55,057 nt of DNA from an uncultured Anaerolineales bacterium (lineage in GTDB: Bacteria; Chloroflexota; Anaerolineae; Anaerolineales; E44-bin32): NCBI GenBank assembly GCA_965603565.1, contig CBFDDM010000003.1, positions 1-55,057 of the forward strand, written 5' to 3'. A program made the position numbers and the translations under genes. Positions within the stretch are counted from its first letter, which is position 1, and each line of letters begins with the position of its first letter. The notes beneath the pieces are model-generated. The model was given only the letters and a program-made list of their open reading frames with translations, did not search any database and was not told where the DNA came from. This document shows, piece after piece, positions 38,365 through 48,806 of this stretch.

Positions 38365-38588
38365 GCGGGTTGCGTGCACACTGGATCGGCCGCCAGGCAC
38401 ACTATCGACTGATTGGATCGCGGTGCACCGATTGCAGCGCCCCAGTATTTCCACCGCGACCAAAGTGCCCGTGCTGTAGCGCCGGTGGATCGCCATCTCT
38501 GAGCTCATTGATCTTGTTCATCTGCCAACCGGCACCGATCGATGTGCGGCGCCCTGAAAAAGAAATTGCATACCATTCGACAATCTAG
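38361..38588 (+). CDS. Small DUF35-N-like zinc-ribbon protein (OB fold absent)
   Basis: YRLIGSRCTDC...FPPRPKCPCC; TTG start overlaps the previous stop. Confidence 0.5.
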   Translation: MSGLRAHWIGRQAHYRLIGSRCTDCSAPVFPPRPKCPCCSAGGSPSLSSLILFICQPAPIDVRRPEKEIAYHSTI

Positions 38589-38650
38589 TTATGGATGCGA
38601 AACGAACGTATTGAGCAATGAAATTTTCAGATGAGAGGAGAACATTTGTT

Positions 38651-39328
38651 ATGAAGGACAATCTTGGCAAGATTATCGCCATCGTAGCTATCGTGTTTAT
38701 GGGCATGACCGCGGCGATGAATATTCTGGGGGGCATCGGGACGGTTTGCGCCGCATTTCTGACCAAACAATTCCCCCCGATGTGGTCGCTTCTGGATTAC
38801 CAATGGCTTTACCAGATCATCATGATCGTCACGATCGGACTGGGGCTCGTCGGGGCGTGGGTGACGATCAAACTGATCCGCGGCGGCAATAAAGTTTACC
38901 GCAACGCCGTTATCGTACTCGCCGCGGGGACACTGGTCGCGGCGGTGCAGTTTATCGCCTCGCTGGCACTGCGCGGGAAGGCGGTCCCCGCAAACATGAA
39001 GTTTTATATCAACGCCATCACGCTGCTGCTCTTCCTGCTGCTGCGCCTTCCAGGCGTGAGAGAGCGGGTAGATTTCTCCCGCTGGGAGGATGAGAGCGGA
39101 CCGACGATCGCCTCCGGGCTGACGGCGATCCTCACTGGCATGATGACGCTGACAACAGGCTACTGGGTCGGTGCCTCGCATATCTATGAGGGTTTTAACT
39201 GGGTCAACGTGCTGCGTGGACCGATGGTTGGAAGCGGATTGGCGTTGATCGCGATGGGCATCTACAGCGTTGTGAAGCTAGCCTTGAAAGAGCAGCGGAG
39301 CGCTGCGGAGTTCTTTAACCCGAGCTGA
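38651..39328 (+). CDS. Hypothetical membrane protein
   Basis: GAGGAG RBS; about 6 TM; NILGGIGTVCAA motif. Confidence 0.7.
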   Translation: MKDNLGKIIAIVAIVFMGMTAAMNILGGIGTVCAAFLTKQFPPMWSLLDYQWLYQIIMIVTIGLGLVGAWVTIKLIRGGNKVYRNAVIVLAAGTLVAAVQFIASLALRGKAVPANMKFYINAITLLLFLLLRLPGVRERVDFSRWEDESGPTIASGLTAILTGMMTLTTGYWVGASHIYEGFNWVNVLRGPMVGSGLALIAMGIYSVVKLALKEQRSAAEFFNPS

Positions 39329-39356
39329 ATATTGGGCGAATCTGATCACTGAAGGA

Positions 39357-39402
39357 AGGCAGGCTTCCACTTCTCCGCATGAAGTTGGGACCTGCTTTTT
39401 TT
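39357..39402 (+). terminator. Rho-independent terminator
   Basis: GGCAGG...CCTGCT stem with an inner stem, followed by T7. Confidence 0.6.
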
Positions 39403-39515
39403 ATTCTGCCCGGATGCCCCCATTTGTGAATTTTCTGATGGTGATCATAGCCAGACCGCATGCCTGTACCGCAAGACCTGCAGGCTTAAAAAGCATTTGA
39501 GCAGAGGGCCTACTC

Positions 39516-39983
39516 TTAGCTGAGTGTGGCAAGCAGCCCGCTCAGGAGCAGCACAAGCACACCAAGGCCAATGTTGAAATACAGCAGCAGGATACTCAAG
39601 CGTTCGCCGCTTTGGCCGGGCTGCAGCTTCCTTGTTGCCAGACTGCGGAAGAGCGAAAATGCGATCATGGCCAGCACGATCATGTGCTTGAAGCTGAGTA
39701 GTGTGGAGTACGTATTCCCAAAGGTGACCAGCCCGGTATACGCCTGCGCACGCCGGGATAGCAGCAATCCGGTCAGCACCAGCCCTGCCATGCTGGTATA
39801 GACCAGCACGCTCTGCCGTTTCATGATCTTGTCCATCAATGATTTCATCTGTTCGCTCTTGCCCAGCGTCTGCTTAGCGGCTGGCAGAGTCGTCAGGCCA
39901 ATCGCGATCAAACCACCGATCCACGTAGCTGTGAAAAGATCGTGAAGAAACACGATTATGCCTACGGCGATATTTATATTCAT
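39516..39983 (-). CDS. CopD-like 4-TM membrane protein
   Basis: FLHDLFTATWIGG, LVLTGL, Y..LL..KH; GGGAGG RBS. Confidence 0.65.
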   Translation of the reverse strand: MNINIAVGIIVFLHDLFTATWIGGLIAIGLTTLPAAKQTLGKSEQMKSLMDKIMKRQSVLVYTSMAGLVLTGLLLSRRAQAYTGLVTFGNTYSTLLSFKHMIVLAMIAFSLFRSLATRKLQPGQSGERLSILLLYFNIGLGVLVLLLSGLLATLS

Positions 39984-40766
39984 CGTAACCTCCCTGACGA
40001 GTTGACATGACAACGTGGGTGTCGAGTTCCTAAAGTTTGCCGTCCATTGCGGTGATCTCTCTGACCATTGACGACCAGTCACCAAGCAGTACTTTCAATA
40101 TACCGTACTCAAAATTTCGCGCTGGATAGCTTTGAGCTTTATGCTCTGGGTGCAGGTATAGTCGAAGTCAACATCCGCTTGATCATCAAGACGAAGGATT
40201 CGCGTATGGACAACATCTGGGAAGAGGTCCCGCTTCACCTCTTCCACCATGCTGGTGAAGATTTCATGTTTCCAAGCATAACCTTCAGGCAGCAGCGCAT
40301 GCCCGGCCGGGCAGCGATCAGCATCAAGATCCCCCGGTTGATGCCGGCTTCGAATATGTCAAGTTTTCGTTCTATCCTGATCAAGCGCACCCTGACGAAC
40401 GCTGTGGACAAAGCCGCGACCAACTGATCTTATTCCTGATACTTTCTTACGATTGTGTTCATCTTTTCATGCATTTGGTTCCATAACTTCACTTACACTT
40501 GCATTGCACGACTTTTAATCTGTTCAACACCAGACACTCTGCCCTTTTCGAAAGGTTTTTTCACCGACTATTATCGGACTCCTCGGCCGGGCGAGATGTT
40601 CTTTTCTAAAAATAATCCAGTAGAGAAGAAGACGGACAAGGAGTTATGGCTGAAACGGGCAAAGTCACTCAAGAAAGCTTTACCGCCCTTTCCGAAGTCG
40701 TTGGTTGTCCTGGCAGTTTTGTGGTGACTTTTCTGAAAGACCAGTCGTGCGCGTTTACTTATTCCT

Positions 40767-41951
40767 TTAGACGTTGGTGATGCCCAGGCGCCTCAGCAAC
40801 CCGCTGATGCTCAATCCCTGCCCGAGCAGCGAGAAGAGCACGACCCCGAAAATGATCCCCACCAGGTCGCTGCGGGCGGGCATCCAGACTGGCAGTCCAA
40901 GCGCCAGTGCGACAGGTACGGCTCCGCGAATGCCTCCCCAGACGATGACATGCCGCCAGCTTAGCGGGAGGTCGCCCCGTTTGCGATGAATGATAGCCCC
41001 CAGCGTATACGTGAGCGCTGCTCTACCGGCCATCAGGATAACGAAGATGAGCAGAGCCCAGAGCAGGGTGCCGGCCAACTGATCGGGTTGCAGTTCGAAG
41101 CCGATAAGCAGGAAGACGATCGAATTTGCCAGGAAGGCGACGATCTCCCAGAAATCCGTCAGCCGACGCCTGGACACGTTGGCGGTGGAGTTAAGGCCGC
41201 GGTTCCCGACGACGATCCCGGCGAGAACGACGGCGATCACTCCCGATACGTGAAACTGTTCAGCCAACAGGTAAGCGCCATACGCTGCGATCAGTGTTGT
41301 CAACGTTTCAACGAGATGATCATCCACATTTTTCATCAAGCGTGTAGTGAGGAACCCGATTACCAGGCCGATGAGCGCGCCGCCGGTCATGACAGTGAGC
41401 AAAGTCCCCAGACCAACCCACAAATTGAGCGAGCTGCCCTCGATCGCGCCCAACAAGATAACGTACAAGACAACCGCGATGCCATCGTTGAACAACGATT
41501 CGCCCTCAACGATGGTCGCAAGTTCTTCATCAACGTTGGATTGCTTAAAGGTTGCCAGCACGCTGATTGGATCGGTGGGCGCGATAATCACGCCCAACAG
41601 CAGTGCGACCAGGATATCCAGATCGAGCAGAAGAGTCGTAGCGCCACCCACGATAAGCGCGGTGAGCAGCGTGCCTGCGATCGCCATACCAAAGATCGCC
41701 CCGGAGCGTTTGCGAAGTATGGTTTTCTTCGTATGCAGCGCCCCTTCAAAAAGAAGTGGCGGAAGGAAGACCGCAAGCACCATTTCCTTGGTGAGCTGGA
41801 CTGGCTCGAAAATGTGCAGCAATCCCAGTGCAAGACCCCAGATCACCAGCGCGATTGTGTACGGCCGGTTCGTCCTGCGGGTCAGTAACGCTACCGCCAG
41901 CGCGATTAAGAGCAGTTCGATAACCGAGATCAGATCCGGCATCCTGATCAA
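40767..41951 (-). CDS. Na+/H+ antiporter, CPA1 (NhaP-like)
   Basis: FLPPLLFE, APTDPISV, VEGESLFNDG, WGGIRGAV. Confidence 0.92.
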   Translation of the reverse strand: MIRMPDLISVIELLLIALAVALLTRRTNRPYTIALVIWGLALGLLHIFEPVQLTKEMVLAVFLPPLLFEGALHTKKTILRKRSGAIFGMAIAGTLLTALIVGGATTLLLDLDILVALLLGVIIAPTDPISVLATFKQSNVDEELATIVEGESLFNDGIAVVLYVILLGAIEGSSLNLWVGLGTLLTVMTGGALIGLVIGFLTTRLMKNVDDHLVETLTTLIAAYGAYLLAEQFHVSGVIAVVLAGIVVGNRGLNSTANVSRRRLTDFWEIVAFLANSIVFLLIGFELQPDQLAGTLLWALLIFVILMAGRAALTYTLGAIIHRKRGDLPLSWRHVIVWGGIRGAVPVALALGLPVWMPARSDLVGIIFGVVLFSLLGQGLSISGLLRRLGITNV

Positions 41952-43837
41952 CCTCCCGCCAGGACGGGGGTTGCACGGGCGAGATCCTGCGAGGGTGTCC
42001 CGTATTCGTTGAACATCGCTTGCAGCTCACGCGAATCGATGGTCTCATGCTCGCACAGCCGCGAGGCGATCGCATTCAGAAGTGGACGATGTTCTTCCAG
42101 TAATTTCCAGGCTTGCTCCACAGCCTGCTCGACCATCCGTCGGGTTTCCTCATCCACCAACGCAGCTGTCTTCGGGCTGACCCTGGCATGAAGACCTGTA
42201 GAAGGTCCGACGTACGTGGAGTCATTCGACGCCAACCGCACCGGGCCCAGGATTGCACTCATACCATATTCGGTAACCATGCGATGGGCCAGATCCGTGG
42301 CTTTAGTCAGGTCGTCGGCTGCCCCGGTTGAAGGTTCCCCAAAGACGATTGCTTCGGCGACCCTTCCGCCGAGCAAAGCTGCCAACCGGTCCTGGAGTTC
42401 ATTCTCGCTTAGTAGATAACGATCTTCTGTGGGACGGTGCATCGTGTAGCCCAGGGCTTGACCGCGGGGGACAATCGAAACCTTATGAACCGGATCTGCG
42501 CCAGGGAGCAAGCTGCCCACAAGTGCGTGCCCGGCTTCATGGTATGCGACGATTTCTTTTTCGCGGCGGTTCATCGCTGCAGAGCCGCGTTCCGAACCGG
42601 CGACGACGCGCTCAAAGGCGCTGTCAAAATCTGCCATTTCGACGCTGTCCTTTCGCCGGCGAGAGGCGGTCAGCGCAGCTTCGTTCACAAGGTTCGCCAG
42701 ATCCGCACCGGAGAATCCAGGGGTAATACGTGCAATTGTCTCGACGTTCACCTCCGGAGCGAGGATCACTTCGCGGGTGTGGATTATGAGGATCTGGGTA
42801 CGACCGTGGATATCCGGTAGGTCGACGGCGATGCGGCGATCGAAGCGACCCGGTCGCAGCAGGGCAGGATCGAGCACCTCGGGACGGTTGGTCGCTGCCA
42901 TCACGATCACACCTGTATTGGCCTCGAAACCGTCCATCTCGGCGAGCAGTTGGTTCAGCGTCTGCTCACGTTCTTCGTTGCGACCGGCAACATTAACCCC
43001 GCCGCGCTGGCCTCCGATGGCGTCAATCTCGTCAATGAAGATGATGCTCGGGGCCTGACTTTTTGCCTGATCAAATAGATCGCGCACTCTGGAAGCACCG
43101 ACCCCGACGAACATCTCGATGAACTCCGCCGCACTCATCGAGAAGAAAGGAACGCCGGCTTCACCGGCTGTGGCGCGTGCCAGCAGTGTCTTGCCGGTGC
43201 CTGGCGGGCCGTAGAGCAGCACCCCTTTGGGCATCTTTCCTCCAAGACGCTGGTACTGATCGGGGTGCTTAAGAAACTGCGTCACCTCGCGCAATTCCAT
43301 GACCGCCTGCCCGGCGCCGCCGACATCTTGGAACGTCACGCCGCTTTGCTCGCCACGGATCATCTTCGCTTTGCTCTTGCCGAATGAAAACAGGCCGCCA
43401 CTGCCCCCACCGCTGTCAGTGCGCATGCGTTTCATGATGAAGTAGTAGAAAGCGATCATCAAGGCGATCGGCAATACCCAACCAAGTACCGTTATTAAGC
43501 TGAACTCGCTTTCGACCACTCCGTGGATCTCGACCCCCTGTCTTTCCAGGTCCTCGATTAAGTCCGGATCTTCTACACGAACGGTCGAGAAGACACGTGG
43601 TTCATCTTCGGAGCCATCGATGTATTCTCCGGTAATCTGGTCCATACCGATGGTCGCGCTGGCGATCTCTCCCTCCCGCAGTGCGATCTTGAATTCGCTG
43701 TAGGCAATTTCGTTATCGGCGTTGAACAGCGGGCCCAATACGAAAAACTGCAGGAGTGCCAGCGCGATCATCAAGGCGATCAGGTATCCATTTGAGAGCT
43801 TAAATCGGGCTTTACGCTTATTCTGGTTTTCCATCAT
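41948..43837 (-). CDS. ftsH: ATP-dependent zinc metalloprotease FtsH
   Basis: Two [35 protein letters not shown]. Confidence 0.95.
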   Translation of the reverse strand: MMENQNKRKARFKLSNGYLIALMIALALLQFFVLGPLFNADNEIAYSEFKIALREGEIASATIGMDQITGEYIDGSEDEPRVFSTVRVEDPDLIEDLERQGVEIHGVVESEFSLITVLGWVLPIALMIAFYYFIMKRMRTDSGGGSGGLFSFGKSKAKMIRGEQSGVTFQDVGGAGQAVMELREVTQFLKHPDQYQRLGGKMPKGVLLYGPPGTGKTLLARATAGEAGVPFFSMSAAEFIEMFVGVGASRVRDLFDQAKSQAPSIIFIDEIDAIGGQRGGVNVAGRNEEREQTLNQLLAEMDGFEANTGVIVMAATNRPEVLDPALLRPGRFDRRIAVDLPDIHGRTQILIIHTREVILAPEVNVETIARITPGFSGADLANLVNEAALTASRRRKDSVEMADFDSAFERVVAGSERGSAAMNRREKEIVAYHEAGHALVGSLLPGADPVHKVSIVPRGQALGYTMHRPTEDRYLLSENELQDRLAALLGGRVAEAIVFGEPSTGAADDLTKATDLAHRMVTEYGMSAILGPVRLASNDSTYVGPSTGLHARVSPKTAALVDEETRRMVEQAVEQAWKLLEEHRPLLNAIASRLCEHETIDSRELQAMFNEYGTPSQDLARATPVLAGG

Positions 43838-43864
43838 GCACCTCGTTGTTCCTTGTAAGGTTGT

Positions 43865-45007
43865 TCATCCAGACTTTCTTCCTTCGAGCGCCTTTAAAGT
43901 GGAGCGCGCGCTTGCTAATTGGTAGGCCTCGTTGATATCCTGTGTCGTGAGCAAACCCTCCAGGCGCTGCATCTCATCCAGCACCGGAACAGTCTCGAAA
44001 CCTGAGCCGGCCATCTTCGTCTGGACCTCGAAAAGCGAATCCTCGCTGTGTACGACCGGAAAGTCATTCCGCATTATTTGCTTGATCGCGACGGATTCAC
44101 CCTGAGTCCTCAATGCATTGAGCATCTCTTTATGGCAGAGCATCCCCTGAACCTGTCCATCCTCGCTGCGCACGACTGGGAAGTCAGATTGAAGCGTGTT
44201 CAGCGTCAGGGAAATCGCCTGACCCAGCCCATGATGCTCTTGGAGGGCTTCGGGCGCACGGGTCATGGCATGTGCAACGGTAAGATCTGCAAGAGAGTGC
44301 TTGACCAATACCTGTTTGCCTTCGCTTTCAGCTCCCATCCAGACGAAGACCGCGATGAGGATCAACAGATAATTTCCGGATAGGAAACCCCAGATGCCAA
44401 GCAAAAAGGCGAGACCTTGTCCAATCTTAACCGCCCATATTGTGGCGGTGACGTAATTCATCCTTGTAGCCATGATGGCGCGCAGAACTCGACCACCATC
44501 CATCGGGAAGGCAGGGATCAGATTGAAAACACCCAGGGCGAGGTTGGCCATGGTTAAGTAACCCAGCAGGCTCGCCCAATGGATCTGCCCGATTGTTGCG
44601 CTCAATCCGGATAAGCTGATCGCCGCCCGAGCCCCGAGCAGGGACCCGACGCCGATGAGCAGCGCTGCGAGTGCGAAATTGACCAGCGGACCTGCGATCG
44701 CGATCGCAAATTCTTGACCCGGTTTTTCCGGGATTTCCTCCATTCTCGCCAGGCCTCCCAGCGGCATCAAGGTGATATCCTCAACATGCACCTTGTAGCG
44801 GAGCGCCACGAAGCTGTGTCCCAGCTCGTGAAGCGTGACGCTGGCAAAGAGCAGCAGCGTGGCTAGCACACCAAAGAAAGCACCTTGCAGGCCTGCCTCC
44901 GTGGCACTGCTCCAGCGCCACGCCCCCCAGGCGATGATGAGCAGGAACGTCAGGTGGATCTTGATATCGATCCCTTTGACACGAAACAATTTAATCGACC
45001 AGTTCAT
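43865..45007 (-). CDS. Site-2 protease (M50) with C-terminal CBS pair
   Basis: HELGH, AGPLVN, FNLIPAFPMDGGR, two CBS repeats. Confidence 0.92.
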   Translation of the reverse strand: MNWSIKLFRVKGIDIKIHLTFLLIIAWGAWRWSSATEAGLQGAFFGVLATLLLFASVTLHELGHSFVALRYKVHVEDITLMPLGGLARMEEIPEKPGQEFAIAIAGPLVNFALAALLIGVGSLLGARAAISLSGLSATIGQIHWASLLGYLTMANLALGVFNLIPAFPMDGGRVLRAIMATRMNYVTATIWAVKIGQGLAFLLGIWGFLSGNYLLILIAVFVWMGAESEGKQVLVKHSLADLTVAHAMTRAPEALQEHHGLGQAISLTLNTLQSDFPVVRSEDGQVQGMLCHKEMLNALRTQGESVAIKQIMRNDFPVVHSEDSLFEVQTKMAGSGFETVPVLDEMQRLEGLLTTQDINEAYQLASARSTLKALEGRKSG

Positions 45008-45115
45008 GGTTCCCTCCGTGTTAATCCGCACTCCACTCCAGGAGTGCTGCTATCAGAACTCTCTTCCCGGATGATAATTTCGATTCTCCAGGTCGATGGT
45101 GGGTTCTCCATACTC

Positions 45116-45157
45116 AGCTTAGACTGCGCTGAAGGAAAAGTCTTCGACTTTTGTCTG
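45116..45157 (-). promoter_or_regulatory. Putative class II Crp/Fnr-type promoter
   Basis: Minus strand CAGAC-AAAA-GTCGA with -10 TAAGCT at the same spacing as the other boxes. Confidence 0.45.
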
Positions 45158-45298
45158 ATTCTGTGATCCCAGGACGAGCACCAGAGCACAGCTAGGGGGT
45201 GGGGTTGGCTGCCGGGGAAAAGAAGGGAGTCCGGCCTTTATCAAATGGCTTACAACCAAAACCCATGAATGCAGGTTAAGGCCCGCTATGGGAACACA

Positions 45299-45927
45299 CT
45301 AATACCCTAGGAGAGGAGCCCTCGCCCTACACCGACAACCCCGACGAGGAAAAGGAAGCTGACCACGCGGCGCCCCAGGTTTGCGAGGTAGGTCGAGGGT
45401 TGCCGAACGGAGCACATTCCGCACAGCCTGGATCTCAACATCTCCAACCAGCCTGTTTTCCTTCGACATCTGCTTTGCTCGCCGGCTGGCGTCGCGTTCC
45501 ACCGACAAGGTGATCAACGCGAACACAGCCATCGCACCCAGCATCAGTAGCGCCAGACCTACGAAGGCGGTAATCCCGAGCCAGAAGCCGCCGATATAGA
45601 TCCAAGGGCTCATCTGGGCCATGAACGTTAAATGCTGAGCGAGGCGGTTCCTCATCCGTTGGAACGAATAACCTTCGGCATCCTGAAGGGCCTGCCCGAT
45701 CTCATGCGCAACGATACCGATGGCGGTTAACGAAGTCGATTCAGCGGTTTCATCAAAAAGTCGCAGGATCTTGTTCTGAGGATCGTAATGATCGCTGAGC
45801 TTTGCAGAGGCGCGCTCGAGTGTCACATCCTCTGCCATGCTTTATCAGCAGACGGGCGACACTGTCAACGAACTCATCCTCGGCCCAAACTTTCTCCCTG
45901 AACATCAATTGTTTTTTTATGTTCATT
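45299..45927 (-). pseudogene. Degraded YugP-like neutral zinc metallopeptidase
   Basis: LSDHYDP, VAHEIGQALQD (second Zn His lost), VERDASRRA; frameshifts near 45838 and 45394 (TYLA continues in another frame). Confidence 0.7.
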
Positions 45928-46024
45928 CCCTCGCTTCCGGTCGGATAAAAAAATCTTCCTGTACCCATAATTCTAGGCAGAGGAAGATCTCTGTTCGACG
46001 ACTTTTGTCGGATGAGTTCAAGGC

Positions 46025-46717
46025 TCAAGGTTCGAGCATGGCTTTCGACCTCAGCTGCTCGGGATCAACGATGGTTATTTGGTGGCGATCCAGCTCAATG
46101 ACACCCTCGTCGACGAAATTCCTCAACGAACGGTTGAGAACATCTGGCACCGTACCCAGTTGGGCAGCCATCTCGGCCTGGGTCGTCCAGCGATGACGCC
46201 TAACCACACCCTGCTCTCCGCTCTCGATCAGCAAGCGGGCAAGGCGAGCCTCGACTGATCGCAGGGATAGATCCTCGACCAGCTTGATCAGGTGCAACAC
46301 CCGGCTGGCGAGATTATCGATTAAGAGGGCAGCGAGCTCGCTGGATGATTCCAGTAGGCGCTGCATCGTTTCTTGATCAATGGAATACACCTCTGAAGGC
46401 TCCAGAGCGATGATTGTTGCAGGATTCTCGGAACTGTGGAACACAGCCACAGCGCCGAAAACCTCGCGCGGCCCGATGACTTGCAGCACCTGTTCGCGAC
46501 CTTCGATAGAGATCTTCACCGCCTTGAGAAAGCCGTCACGAACGATGTAGAGACTATGCCCCTCATCCCCCTCGAAGAAAATGACCTCGCCGCTTTGGTA
46601 AGAGCGGAGCGACATCGCGGCACCGATTCTCCCGAGGAGCTCCTCTTTGAGATCTTTAAAGTAGGGGATAGTTGCCAGTAATTCAATCAATTCGCTCTGC
46701 CGGTTGCCAGCAATCAT
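46025..46717 (-). CDS. Crp/Fnr family transcriptional regulator
   Basis: IFFEGD, EGREQ, LSLRSVEARLA, HTH TQAEMAAQLGTVPDVLNRSL; ATG 46717 with GGAGG RBS. Confidence 0.9.
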   Translation of the reverse strand: MIAGNRQSELIELLATIPYFKDLKEELLGRIGAAMSLRSYQSGEVIFFEGDEGHSLYIVRDGFLKAVKISIEGREQVLQVIGPREVFGAVAVFHSSENPATIIALEPSEVYSIDQETMQRLLESSSELAALLIDNLASRVLHLIKLVEDLSLRSVEARLARLLIESGEQGVVRRHRWTTQAEMAAQLGTVPDVLNRSLRNFVDEGVIELDRHQITIVDPEQLRSKAMLEP

Positions 46718-46869
46718 CGCAGAACCTCCCCGGGATCGGTGGGTCTCAACTTTTAACCATCGTCCTTCGGATTGTACACTTTCTTGCCCGGTTGACGGAT
46801 AGGGGGATCGAATACCAGGTGCTTGTGCGGGAGGAGGCCGACCGTAATTCCGGGCTGTAGTTTGGAAAT

Positions 46870-46911
46870 ACGACAAAAGTCGTGTACCGATCGGTCGCTG
46901 GGGGATAAACT
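46870..46911 (+). promoter_or_regulatory. Class II Crp/Fnr-type promoter
   Basis: ACGAC-AAAA-GTCGT (46870-46883) and -10 TAAACT at 46906. Confidence 0.55.
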
Positions 46912-46967
46912 CTACTTCAGGTGAGAGTTGGACAGAAGATCTTGCCGTCCCAAGGAGTGAAAAACAC

Positions 46968-47274
46968 ATGAAGTGGTTTAACAAATGGCTGCGCAGGCTG
47001 CACCCCTGGATCGCGTTTCCGACCGCACTTCTTATCCCCATTGCAGTGGTGCTGAAGTTCAGTGGCGGCGAATTACTCGCTAGGTTGCCGGGTCTTGAGA
47101 AAGCTCAATCTATCTATACTCATTCTTGCACTGGCTTTGAGAGGAGCATACCTGTTCCTGCTTCCCTACATTTCTCTCTGGAAGCGCCGAAGGCGTGGCA
47201 AACAGGCATCATTATCTGACAAAGTCGAATCCGCCCTGGCAGTGGAGGTGCTTCACGTAAGTGATAGAGGATGA
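46968..47274 (+). pseudogene. Frameshifted small 2-TM (PepSY-TM-like) protein
   Basis: MKWFNKWLRRLHPW... joins ...LILALALRGAYLFLLPY if one 4-nt unit of ATCTATCTAT (47108-47117) is removed. Confidence 0.55.
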
Positions 47275-47324
47275 ATTATAGGAGACACTAAGTGTTCGTG
47301 ATTGATCATAGGAGGGAATTCATC

Positions 47325-47711
47325 GTGAATAAGATAGCATCAAGAATTGGATCGGGAATGTCGTTAATCATCGGAGCGATGGCGATCTTTGCTGGCGGAC
47401 AAGTTCTGCTTGGTCAGCTGCCAGATTACTACGTCATAGATTGGCTCCCTGTTTACAACTTTCTGATGGGTGTCGTTTCCGTCCTGATCACCGCCATTTT
47501 GCTTTGGAAGCGACACCATTTGGCTAAGACGGCCACGCTCGCAACGCTGGGACTGCACACTCTGGTGATGCTCGTCCTGCGTACCGCATATAGTGATGTG
47601 GTAGCACCGGACAGTCTGCGGGCGATGACGTTGAGAATCAGTGTCTGGGTGATCATCAGTGTGCTGACGTTCATCCCTGCGCGAGGGCTAACGACCGCAG
47701 CTGACGATTAA
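47325..47711 (+). CDS. Hypothetical 4-TM membrane protein
   Basis: WLPVYNF, AMTLR..VW; hydrophobic. Confidence 0.65.
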   Translation: MNKIASRIGSGMSLIIGAMAIFAGGQVLLGQLPDYYVIDWLPVYNFLMGVVSVLITAILLWKRHHLAKTATLATLGLHTLVMLVLRTAYSDVVAPDSLRAMTLRISVWVIISVLTFIPARGLTTAADD

Positions 47712-47798
47712 GAGCAACTATCCAGAAATCCAGGGTTGGATCCCGGAAAGATCGTTTGAAACGTTGCCATGGGTCTTAAAAGTTAAGGAGGCTGATGA

Positions 47799-48806
47799 AT
47801 GAGCACGATGATTGAAGTGCAAGACCTTACGAAGATCTACGGCCGTTCCGAAAGCGGGACACGGGCTGTCGATCAGGTGAGCTTCAGTGTGGAGCGGGGT
47901 GAGATCTTCGGCTTCCTGGGGCCTAACGGTGCCGGGAAGACGACCACCCAGCGCATGCTGACCACGCTGCTGGAGCCCACCGGGGGTCGCATCATAATAA
48001 ACGGACACGATTTAAGCGAGGATGCTTACCCGGTCAAGCGCCAGATGGGCCTCGTGCCGGAGGAGTCGAACGTATACACGGAGCTCAGTGGCTGGGATAA
48101 CCTGATGTTCACCGCCCGACTGTACCGTGTGCCTGCCGATGAGCGCGCTGAGCGGGCGCGCCAGTTGCTCGAGACCTTCGGGTTGTGGGAGAAGCGCGAT
48201 GTGAAAACCGAAGAATATTCCAAAGGCATGCGACGACGACTGAGCATCGCCATGGCGATCATCCACCGGCCGGCCCTGCTCTACTTAGATGAGCCGACGC
48301 CTGGTCTGGATGCGCAGAGCGCCCGCGCCATCCAGGATTTGATTCGCGATTTGAACGCGCAGGGCACGACGATTTTTCTCACCACACACCAGATCGAGGA
48401 AGCCAACCAACTTTGTGATCGCGTGGCGATCATTAACCATGGCAAGATCGCCACCATCAATACGCCCGAGCGCCTGCGCCAGACGATCCAGCGCGTGCAG
48501 TCGGTGGAGGTGGCGCTCGAGCCGGATGGGGCCGCGCACGGCGAGGCGCTGGAAGCGCTGCCAGGTGTGACGCAGGGATTGAAGATGGGTGACAAATGGC
48601 GGTTGTATACCGAGGATCCCTCGGCGCTGCTGCCGCGCATCATGGATTATGCTGGTTCACGCAACCTGCGTGTCGTCAGCCTGAACACGCTCGCCCCCAG
48701 CCTGGAGGACGTTTTCCTTGAGATTACGGGTGGGCAGATCGGCATGGTCAGGCACGAAGACGCGCAAAGTGAACCGCGCAAGCACAAAAGGGGAGGGAAA
48801 GCATGA
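47799..48806 (+). CDS. ABC transporter ATP-binding protein (DrrA-like exporter)
   Basis: GPNGAGKTT, YSKGMRRR, LYLDEPT, LTTH. Confidence 0.93.
   Translation: MSTMIEVQDLTKIYGRSESGTRAVDQVSFSVERGEIFGFLGPNGAGKTTTQRMLTTLLEPTGGRIIINGHDLSEDAYPVKRQMGLVPEESNVYTELSGWDNLMFTARLYRVPADERAERARQLLETFGLWEKRDVKTEEYSKGMRRRLSIAMAIIHRPALLYLDEPTPGLDAQSARAIQDLIRDLNAQGTTIFLTTHQIEEANQLCDRVAIINHGKIATINTPERLRQTIQRVQSVEVALEPDGAAHGEALEALPGVTQGLKMGDKWRLYTEDPSALLPRIMDYAGSRNLRVVSLNTLAPSLEDVFLEITGGQIGMVRHEDAQSEPRKHKRGGKA

Noticed and set aside
40986-41888. 300 aa antisense ORF (also 36231-36989, 50687-51439, 52283-53125)
   Set aside because: Fully overlap confident genes on the opposite strand; codon-bias artefacts
46718-47041. 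108 aa N-terminal extension of the Crp ORF 46025-47041
   Set aside because: It overlaps a divergent promoter and gene; a good RBS precedes ATG 46717
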